Source of the DNA: Vicugna vicugna
Lineage: Eukaryota
NCBI GenBank assembly: GCA_013265495.1
Contig: MU057991.1
Coordinates: forward strand, 248,001 to 271,215
DNA: 23,215 nucleotides
Direction of reading: 5' to 3'
The position numbers and the translations under genes were made by a program. The number at the start of each line of letters is the position of its first letter. Position 1 is the first letter of the stretch. Of the stretch, positions 13,209 through 23,215 are shown one piece after another. Below the pieces are notes generated by a model. It worked only from the letters and a program-made list of their open reading frames with translations. It was not told the origin of the DNA and searched no databases.

Positions 13209-16200
13209 TCAAGGTCAAAAATGCTGGCAGGGCCAGTGGGAATTTGCATTTGGCCCTGCACCCTGATGCCGAGATGCCCACCAGCTCTGGGACCCTCGCC
13301 CCGAGCGCTGTGGGGGGCGAAGGTGACAGCTCCTGGAGGGACCACGGGGGCCTCTGCCACACGCAGCAGAGAAGCCCTTTCGGTGGTCTGGCTTCCAACT
13401 CTGCGATGGACAGAAGACATTAAACATCTACGGAGATGACAGACCCCGAGAGACACCAGGATTCACCTGAAAGGGTGGTCTGCGGGGCCCCTTCCTCAGT
13501 CTTGGGATGGGAGAACCATGCTGCTTGGCAAAACCCGCCCCCTGCCCATGTCACCCCTGCAAACCCAGGGGCCGACACAGGCCCACGACTACAGACGTCA
13601 TTCTGACCCTCCTGCCAGTCTTGGGTGGAGGAAGGTGATTCCATTTTCAACCCCGCACACCACCGGGCCTCTCTTTTGTCCGACTGGGAATTAGGGAATC
13701 CTCTTTCAACCCATCAATTCCATCTCTTTCCCCTTAGGATTCAAAGGGTGGTGGCCTTTTTTATAACCGAAGCCAAAGGGATCACTGGGTCTCCAGGGGA
13801 AAAGTGCGGATGCTCCTTGGCCCGTCTCACCGCTGCGGGGTGGCTGGGGTGTGGGCTGTCTCTGCAGAAGCAGGTGCAGCCAGGGCCCGGAAAAGGCACC
13901 ACAGGGCCCGGAGGTGACAGTGTGGACAGAGCAGGCAGGTGGCGGGGCCGGGGGCGAGGGGCGCACGGACAGACTCCTGATCACAGACGTGACGACGCTG
14001 TTTCTGGCCTTAACCCTTCCCCTGGCCTCGCTGTTCACGGGGAAGCTGCGCACCGCCTCTCCTCCCACAGGCCTCTCTGGTCCTCCCGCTCTCTGCACCC
14101 CCGTCCCTTGCTCAGGCCCTCGCTGGCCCACGGATGCCCTTCCACCTTCTCTTTCCCTGATGGACCCCAGATCTGGCATCTTGTAGTTCTTTAAGGGAAC
14201 AGGCTTTGCATTGCCTGCAAGCTTGTCAGCTGACTCCCTGGGCCCCTCCGGGTGCCACGTGAGACGCAGGGAGGTGGGGCTTACTTACTGCCTCGACTTC
14301 CCCACACCTGCTCCCGCTGCCTCGGCCCGGGTGGGGAGCACTCTGGTCCGAGGGCCTGGACCTTCCCTTCTTTGGCCACTCCAGGGGTGTCTAACACACC
14401 TCTGGGCACATAAAAACCTCAGAAACGTCACAGCCGAAATACACTGAGATCACACAAAGCCAGAAATTCAAAGCAATCAGAGACCCTGCCTCTCTCTCTC
14501 ACAGGAGAAATCCCCCAGCTCTGATGTCTCTTGTCTGTTTGGATGCCTCCCAAGTGCGGGTGGGCGGGCGGCCTCTCCCCTCTTCTGCGTTGGAAACATT
14601 GAAATTATTTAACATTTATGGGTCTTCAGGCAGCCCTGAGTCTTCGAGAAGGGCTATTTATACAAAGTTAGGCCTGGAACAGCCTTGCAAGTGGTTTCCA
14701 CTGAAACCATTATTTGTCTCAAGAGGAAACTGAGGCCGAGGGAACTGGAGGGAGACCACACTTCTGACACCGGCGGGGTCTCCGCCCCTCCGGGCTCACC
14801 CCCCTCGCCCGCGACGCCTTGCTGGGTGTTCTGGTGGCTGATGGGCCACCAGAGAGCTCTAGACCTTAGGACACACACAGAGAACGTGTGTCCACCTGTT
14901 CCGCACCCTCTTTCTCTTGCCTGCCCTAAACTGAAACTGGAGAAGTCTGCAGAAACAGGAACGGGCCGTGCGATTGCCAGAAGAGCCCAGATCACGTCTC
15001 TGCTTGAGTCTGGGAAACCGTACAACCATAACACAGGAGAAATCCTCGGGCTCTTCCAATTTTCTCAAGATCTGCTTGAGATCTGGAAACTTCTGAGCGG
15101 CCCATCAGCTGGGGGGCCGTGAGGGGCTGCCCTGGACCTGGGAATCGGGGAGCAGAGCTCGGGCTGTGGGCGTTGGGCCACACAGGGCCTGCCGGAGCCC
15201 TGCCAGGTCCCCGATCCTATTACAGTTTGGTTGAGCATCAGAAGTAGGTCATCCCTTCCGCACCCCCAAACCCAGGCATGATCGGGGGGTGCTGTCCGGT
15301 CGTGCGTCCTGTTGAGCGTGTGCAGGAGTCCAAGCAAGCTTTGTTCTTTGTTATTTATCTTGCAATCTCAAAGGTGCACCGTGACCTCCAGCAAGAATGC
15401 CTGGTATTCCCCAGCGGGGCGCGCAGCCCGGCAGGCGGAGCCCGTGCTCAAGGTGGGGGGGTCCCCAAGGCTGAGGTCAGAGGCCAGAGTCACACGGCGC
15501 GAGAGCCTCGAGGCTCGGTGACCTTGAAAGTCCAACTCGTTTAGTCCAACTCTATTTCACGTTAGGAACTGGGGGAAAAGATTCCACCGGGTTTTAAACA
15601 CCTTCAGAAGAGGCATTTGTCCACCTTGAGAGGTGGCCTCGGCATTGCACAAGCTTTACCAGTTAACGAAGCCGCTCCGGATGGGATGGATGGACCTCAG
15701 CGCTGGCCTGGGTTCAGGAACAAGAGTCAGGGTCCCGGGGGCCGGTTCCCACTGCTTGTGAGTGTTTCAAAGCACAGGCTCAGACCCACGGGCTGCCCTG
15801 CCCCGGGATTAACCGGCTTTTCAACTCCTTGTTGAGACTGGCCCTCGGGGGGCCGGCTTCTGGGGCAGCTCCCCATCCCACCCCACCCCACGGGGGCATC
15901 GGGAGCCGCAAGGGGGGCCTCAGGCTGCCGGCGCTCAAGGAGCAGCCACGACAGGGGTGTGAGAGGACACAGAGACCAGGGCGGACAGGACACAAAAACA
16001 ACAGAGGGGAGACAGACGGGGGGCAGGACAGAGACAGCAGGAGGCAGAACAGGAACTCTGAACTTTGGAAAGGCTCCCCTTCCTCTCCCTCCCACCCCAC
16101 CCCTTCCCCCATAAAAGCAGATTTCTTCCAGTCTGAGGGGTCCCGGAGGGCCCTCTGCATTGAGACTCCGTCTTTCCCCAAAACCCAGCATCTGTCTTCC

Positions 16201-16687
16201 AAACCGCCCTCAACTCCGCACAGCAGATGCTGAAATTTCACATCTCAGCGCCGCCCACTGGAAGTGGCCAGGACGCCTTCAACGAGTGAAAAGTGAATTT
16301 CGGGAAGCAAATCGTGCAGAACGGATTTCCTTCTGAGCAGCGCAGGTGAACAACGTAGAAGGATGTAAGTGAAGGGCCTTTGCAAACTGACTGTTTGCTG
16401 TACTTCGTGGGGTTGTGGAAACAGGAGCTGACAGTTTGCCAACAGCCTCCACCTTAACACATAAACCATTACAACGAAAGGTAAATTGGTTTGATGAGTA
16501 TTTCATTAAGGTGTCAGAGTTTCTGTCGCACTGTATTAACGCGTCATCTTTCGTGCAGAAAGTACTGGGGAGAGACTTTCCCGCTGCAGTGAAGTCAGGG
16601 GAGGCTGCCTGGAGGAAACGGAGGTGCAGAGGGTTTACCCTGGGAAACTCACTGCATCTGGACACGTTTTAAAAAAGCCCCGGGTCG

Positions 16688-16832
16688 AAATATATTCAAG
16701 ATCTTGTAGTGGCTCACGGTGAAAGAGAATATGAAAAGGGATATATGTACATTCATGTGTGACTGAAGCACTGCGCTGTGCACCAGAAATGGACGCAGCG
16801 TTGTAAACTGACTATAACTCAGTTAAAAAAAA
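16688..16832 (+). mobile_element. 5'-truncated L1 3' end with A tail
   Basis: atatattcaagatcttgtag...gaatatgaaaa...gactgaagcactgcgctgtgcaccagaaat...ttgtaaactgactata plus A run; matches the artiodactyl L1 3' UTR terminus as recalled. Confidence 0.8.
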
Positions 16833-16964
16833 GGTCCATGTTGGCTTGCTTACCGCACATTTTGTGGGTTAGCTACAAGAGTGAAGATTATTGCATTTGG
16901 CTTTGTCCTCCTGGTTTTAAGATGAACTAAGTTCTCCAGATTTCTGAGTCAGTAAAGGCAGTCA

Positions 16965-17003
16965 TTTTTCTTTCCTTTCTTTCTTTCTTTCTTTTTTTTT
17001 TTT
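16965..17003. repeat. (TTTC)n / poly-T simple repeat
   Basis: tttttctttcctttctttctttctttctttttttttttt. Confidence 0.85.
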
Positions 17004-17787
17004 GGACTGTTTCCCTAATCCACTGCTGAGCCCCTCCACCTCCTCTTTCTCTGGCTCTGCCTTGGGACGTCCACCCACAGCAAGCAGAGGCCGGTGCTGT
17101 CAACCCGGGACCCTGAGGGTGGGATCTTGCAGTGGGTTCTGCCAGACTCCAGAATGGCCCCCTTCTTCATCCAGCCTCTTTCTAAGAGTGCACAGTCAGG
17201 GTCCAGAGAAGGTGGACAAAGTTCAGCAGAATCGAAAGGGAAAACACATAACAATGATCTTGTAGAATATTTCCAAGACTCGCAGCCATCAGCAGACACT
17301 AGAAGTAACATTTAGTTACTCTCAGAGAAAGCACGGAAGGTGAGCAACACCACATGGTTAATCCGAGGCACCTTTAAAAACCCATTTCACAGATGAGATA
17401 AGTTGTGGCACAAAATGAGCAGGCGTTTCAAGAGTCGGAAGGAACCGGGCTGGAGGCCTACCCCAGCCACGCGATGCCTCCCCTTCTCCATCCAGAGCCT
17501 GCCGAGCACAACTTTACCCCCACAGGCTCACTGGGAGCAGGTGGAAAGCCACTAGCCAGCAGGCAGCCCCTGGTGGATGCCTGGGGACAGCAAATTTCCA
17601 TCCTTTTTGGGGGCGATAATTCAATGGAAGAGGGGTGTCCTCCCCGTGAGACGGAATTACACCAACTTCAGCCACAAGGAGAGAAGACAGGAGCAGCGAC
17701 CACTGAAAATGTGGTGGTGGGAAAAGCCTGAAACAGAGCAATGTGCCGCCAGCCGCGGGACAGCCAGAGAGCAAAGCAGAAACTCAC

Positions 17788-17886
17788 GTCCAGGATTTCC
17801 TTGTTGGCTTTCGGAGACGTGGCTTCTCTCAACTCCTTGATCGCGACCGGAATTTTAACCTTCTCGCCTTCTGGGATCCAGAGTCC
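17788..17886 (-). CDS. EGFR: EGFR exon 19 (VAIK lysine, ELREA)
   Basis: 99 nt, ctcag| and |gtgagt. Encodes [33 protein letters not shown]. Confidence 0.98.
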
Positions 17887-18304
17887 CTGAGATGAAGAGA
17901 GGGAGAGACGCTGGCTGGCAATTGTCACACAGGACCGCGGGACGCGTGGGCTGGTGGGGCGTCATTAGGCGCCCCGCTCTAAATGGAGAGGTGTCGAGAG
18001 TCACGACACATCAGTATCTCTTTACCCATCCTGTTCCCGGGACCAGAGCCGTTACATTAACCATGTCACTTTGTCCAGAATTCTGAGATACTGGGTCCAG
18101 GCCGAACTGAAATCTGAATTTAGGCAAAGAGCATGTAGAAAAAGAAATGACAAGGAAGCTGCTCTGAGCTGGACTTTATTCCCATGCTGTCCTGCGGTGA
18201 TAAGTGGCCGTCTTTCAGACTCACGTGTGCCACCAGCCCGCGAGCTGCAGTCCCTGAAAATGTCTGTGCCTGAGTACAGGTCTCAGCGGACCACTTACTT
18301 GTCA

Positions 18305-18709
<405 letters not shown>

Positions 18710-19413
18710 CTAAGCATCGTCACGAGAGGCTTGGCAGGAAGGGGCCCGACCGCGGCTGCAGGCCTCCGTGAAGCCAGCAGCTCCGCTGCTCAAGTGCCAC
18801 TTCCACTCCTGTCTCCAGGCCAATGAGCCGGACTGAGAAAGCCCGGGTGAGGACAGTGGTGGTCGTGACCCCCTCACGTGCCAGTGCCGTGATGCTCCGA
18901 GCTGCCGTGGTGGGGGGAGGTGTGGGGTCCCTCCTCCCAGGGACCCGGCCTCCGACACATGGGGGATCACGGATGCTGGCAGAGGACCCTGTTCATGGGA
19001 ATCACAGAGTCAGGGATAACGCTGGTCACAGACAGCGCTCAAAAAGCAGCAGCCACAGGTGTGGACAGTGGCATATTCCCAAATTAACACCTCCGGAACC
19101 ACAGGGCCTTCACAGAAACAGCAGGTGTCTGTGCCCCAGCCTTCCTCCTCGCCGGGGCCGCGCTGGGGGGCCGGGGGGCGAACGGGGGGCACCGTATTGA
19201 ACACCGGCGGCCACAGCCCTGTATCTTGCAGGACTCATCCCAGAAACAGCTGCGTTTCCCTGCATCCACGTACCAAAATGTACATGTGATGGTCATAACT
19301 GGACATTCGGAGGTTCTTAATGTTTTTTTTAAAATTGCAATGAACAAAGTATAATAACACGATGACATTTAAAATGCAAGCTTGCACCTGCCATTCCCCA
19401 CCTTGCTCCCCGC

Positions 19414-19475
19414 GGGGGGAGGGAGGGGGAAGGGAGAATGGGAGGAGGAGGGAGGGGGAGGGGTCAGGGATGGGG
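19414..19475 (+). repeat. G-rich polypurine tract (G-quadruplex / triplex potential)
   Basis: ggggggagggagggggaagggagaatgggaggaggagggagggggaggggtcagggatgggg has many runs of three or more G with short loops. It directly abuts the exon 17 break. Confidence 0.8.
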
Positions 19476-19476
19476 A

Positions 19477-19593
19477 AGCGTGCGCTTGCGGACAATGTGG
19501 CGTCTGCGCAGGAAGAGGCCGACCCCCAGGGCCAGCACCACCACCATCAGGAGGCCCCCCACGATCCCGGTGGCGATGGACGGAATCTTGGGC
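19477..19593 (-). CDS. EGFR: EGFR exon 17 (transmembrane + start of juxtamembrane), 3'-truncated in this sequence
   Basis: Acceptor ttccag| at 19594-19595. Encodes [39 protein letters not shown]. Only 117 of the expected 142 nt are present; no GT donor; reads on CCC CAT CCC TGA (stop 19464-19466). Confidence 0.93.
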
Positions 19594-21507
19594 CTGGAAG
19601 GAGCGGGAGACGCACAGGCTGGGTGAGATCTGCGGGCAGACTCTGTTTCATATCGTTTCCCGCATGGTCTGACACTGTGGCATCGTTTAAAACCATCTCA
19701 GAAAAGTGGGGTACGGCGCGGATGCTGAAGGAGAGAAGGCACAGACTGGAGGACCAGTCCCAGGGCAAGGGTTCCGACTTTTCCAGTGTGGGAGCCTCCC
19801 TACCCTGCTTGTTCACATTTTTTAAATTGAGGTGGCATTTGGACTTCTCCAGATAATGATTATATTTTCATCCGCAGATAAAGAAGGCAAATAATTGGAA
19901 AAAACTGACTTCAGCCATACTTTTCATATGAATTTGTGTCTCCGTGCATTTCCAGTGTGGCACTCCACACACACACGAGAGGCGTGGTGTCTACTGGCCA
20001 GGCTGGATGGAGGGACCCTTCCAAAAATGTTGGGACTTTTGAAGGGACCCTTGGCTTTCCAGATGGGACCACGGCGTGTGAAATACTGTAGGGGTGACCT
20101 GGAGGAGGCGAGGCCTCGCAGGATTCTGACACACAGCACACTGCTGGCCTGGATGAGCCACGTCGCCAGGCCAGCCGCAAACCTCTCCAGTCCTCCCCTC
20201 CCTCCCACGGAGCTCGGGGGAGCCAACCCTCAAAACTCGGGTTCTCTCTGGGGAAAGAGCCATCTGAATTGGCAGATTTCTGCATTTTGAATCTTTATGA
20301 AGCCATTCTTTTTAAGCACCTGTGCCATCTGAGGTTCTGGTAAGCTTTATTTTTTCAGGTAGAAATGTTAATATTAAAGATTAAATTAGTAGCACCATTT
20401 GCGTATCAAATGTGCCAGCATCTTTACAAATTTCTCCTAAGTGGGTCGAGCGTACGTCATGTAAATAGGATTTACACTTTCTTCTTAGCGAGTGCAAAAG
20501 TCATCTCCTGAGTTACCCCGTCTCCCCAGTGAATGCAGTTTGAATTAATGGGTTTTAACCATTTTGAAGGGAGCAGTGGAAGCTATTAAAGACGAATCTG
20601 TACAGAGTTACGCGTTCCGTGGGAAGAAAAGGCGAGCGAGTGAGTGAAAAGAGGAAGAAAAAATTGAAAGGAGTAAATATCACAAAAGAACGGTCATTGG
20701 CTGGTTTCAAGGTGGGACGAGGTGGACATCGCCATCACTAAGACATTGATTGTAGGATGAAGACCAGACGGAGCTCGCTGGTGTCCTCATAAAAGGAAAT
20801 CTTTATCTTTGGGAACCCGCCCTATTTGTTTTTAATGTTTTTCACTTGAAGGCGGGTGGGATGGTGAGCTGACTGACCTTGAGAAAGGTTGCTGGGGGAA
20901 GGAATTTGGTAAATATTACTAGAAATGGCGGAGGTGCCTGGAAGTTTGGCTAGTGTTCTGGGAGGGACGTGAGGAAAGGCTGGTGCGTGGCTTGTGTTAT
21001 ATCATTCCGATTCCTCGACAAACATTATTATTGGTGACACCACTGTTTCCTGGTGAGTCTGAGCAAGAATTCTCATTTCTGCTTGTCTCAGTGCAACATT
21101 TCAGGCAATGATGAGAAACCGATCACAACTGAAATGCTAAAGGAAGCCACGGGAGCTTTGTCATCGAACCCAGAAAGCTCACCAAAACCCAGGTTTGTCG
21201 TAAGGCCACCTGGGTCAGGGAGGAAAAAGAAGAGACGTTGGAAGAGAAGAAGGAGCCAGCAAAACTTGGTGACCCCAGAAGTCAGAGACGGGCTGCAGAC
21301 AAAGTGGAGCGCTGGGCAGTGAGGACCAGCGCCCCAGGACTCAGGCCCCGGGTCTCCCACCGAAGCACGGCCAGCAGTGTGCAGGGGGGTCTCCCAGGGG
21401 TGCCCAGGCTGGCCCAGGGGAGGGGTGAGGACCTGCCAAGGCAGAGGGCAGCGTGACCTTCACCGGGGGTCCCTTTGTTCATTTCTGGTCAGAGCCCAGC
21501 CACTTAC

Positions 21508-21546
21508 CGGTTCTCTGCACAGCCTTTGAGACCTGGCCCGTCACAG
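21508..21546 (-). CDS. EGFR: EGFR exon 16 (end of extracellular domain IV)
   Basis: 39 nt, flanked by ccccacag| and |gtaagt on the minus strand. Encodes (G)CDGPGLKGCAEN(R), compare human GCTGPGLEGCPTNG. Phase matches exon 17. Confidence 0.93.
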
Positions 21547-23156
21547 CTGTGGGGATTGAAAACGAGAAATACACGTCTTGATCATTTGACTTTTTTAGCA
21601 TTGTTTCTTCTCGGAAAGTTCTTACTAACTTGTGAGGCATCCTGGGTCAAATGACTTGCATCAGAATCACAGTGCATCGCAATGCTGGTTCATCATTTAC
21701 TTATTATCCATGGATTCGTTTGCTCGTTCGCTCAGCAAGTGTGTTTGAGAGACAGGGGTTGTTCTAACACTGGGCAAAGCGGGCGGTTTGTGGTCTTCAT
21801 TACGGAAAGGTTCTCGGCTCTTACTTCTGATACAGGTGACAGCTGTCTGACAGCTGGCTCTGGAACGTCCATGCGGGCGGGGAGCAGAGGGGGCCGAGGC
21901 TAGAACCATCTCCTGGGCCATACTGATTAGGGAGCTGGGGGGTAGGGGGACAAGTGGAGACAGGCGTGCTAGCAAATCGGGGTGATGATGGCAGACCCAG
22001 AAAGCCAGGAGCTTCCGCACACCTGAAATGTACACGAAGCCGAGGCACCGTTTCTCTTAATGTGGCTCAGCAGCTGGGCTCCCTTCTACAGGCGAGACCA
22101 CCGTCTGTTACTTTGATTACACGATGGTGGTCGAAAAGGCAGAATAAATTGGCTCTGAAGGACTGCAACATTTGTCATTATGAACACCGACAAGAAAATG
22201 AAATTTTCCCATTAAATGGAAGAGACGGACACTCATGGCTGGAGAAGGATGAAGCGTGCACTTCACATACATGAAGGGACAGGCGCTCGGTGGGGGGGGC
22301 ACACACTGGCAACGGGGTCTCATCATTTTCTATTTCATTGAAAGGGCTCTGATCGCTACCCCGGTCCTCTGGGTTTGGAGGGTCTGAGACCTCCTTCCGT
22401 GCAGTCAGAAGATGCGGTCCCAGCCCTGCAAGTGTTGGGCGGCCTTCATCCCTCCCCAGGGTTGTTCAGGCAGTGGAACACCCGGGAGCTCTCCTTTTTT
22501 CCACAATCTGTTAGCTCCTAGGAAAACCCGAATCGTCAGAGACGAAAAACACTCGCTAATGGCTGACCACGGATAAAACTGAACCGTATTCAAAATACCC
22601 TTTCTGTCTAGTGGTTTTTTTTCCCCCATAATGCCTGTCTGTGTCCAGACTGGAACAGCATGGGAACACTAGGCCGGGCGGACGGCCTAAATCGCAAACT
22701 GGAATTGCAAATTTGGGGCGAGAATTGGGGTTTTGTGCAGCCTGGGACACTTGTGGGATTGCCAGCGAGGAGCTCCTGATGGGTGAGAAGCTCATGGGGA
22801 AGGCTGGGCAAGTTTATATTTGGAGAGATGACTGGCTGGGACAGTCACAGCACAGGGACCACACAGGGGGGCGATGTGAGCACCAGCAAATTGGAGGTCC
22901 TCGGGAAAGCTGAGGGCACCGTGCGGAACTCTGCAGAAATGACCGCTCAACACCAAGCAAAGGGGCCGTATCCCACTGTCGTTTAATTTTATCAGAAAAA
23001 TTACTCCTTGTCTTCCCACTTGACTTATTCTTTTTTGTCACATGTAATTAAAACAGGCAAAATTTCATATTATTTAATCAGCATAAAACTTCAAAGAAGC
23101 CTTCCCCTCACAATTTCCTATGAAAATGTGGCCCCATTTAAAAATGGATTTGCTTC

Positions 23157-23215
23157 TGAAGGGGCAAAACCCACAAAGGGGCCAGCAAGACCTCCCAGGC
23201 AGGGCCACTGCCTTC
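23157..23215 (+). mobile_element. 5' end of ERV1-class LTR (copy C), cut by the window edge
   Basis: Begins TG; 57/59 identical to 1639-1697. Confidence 0.9.

Noticed and set aside
19385..19405. Cryptic donors (AAG|gtgggg, CAG|gtgcaa) that might rescue exon 17
   Set aside because: Both lie downstream of the in-frame TGA at 19464-19466, so they cannot restore the reading frame.
21690..21775. Further possible L2/MIR scraps (also about 9210-9340, 14700-14745, 15520-15575)
   Set aside because: Too short and diverged to call without an alignment.

Overview
Mammalian genomic DNA, most likely a camelid (two Vic-1-type tRNA-derived SINEs). It covers the middle of the EGFR gene on the minus strand: exons 16-23 (human numbering), encoding the end of ectodomain IV, the transmembrane helix, the juxtamembrane segment and most of the tyrosine kinase domain. 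Seven exons have canonical AG/GT boundaries and the human lengths (39, 123, 99, 186, 156, 76, 147 nt). Exon 17 does not: it breaks off 25 nt early, has no splice donor, and runs into a G-rich tract with an in-frame TGA. This is either an assembly artefact or a real truncating allele. The introns carry four ERV1-type LTRs (three related copies antisense to EGFR, one unrelated copy in sense), MLT1, MER2B, an L1 3' end, and MIR and L2 relics. Other observations: an AT-to-GC substitution bias that reaches conserved kinase residues, and an apparently out-of-frame homologue of the human soluble-EGFR exon 15B. Comparisons to human EGFR and to repeat consensuses are from memory, not from a search. I found no convincing wholly new biological system; the other long ORFs look like GC-rich noise.
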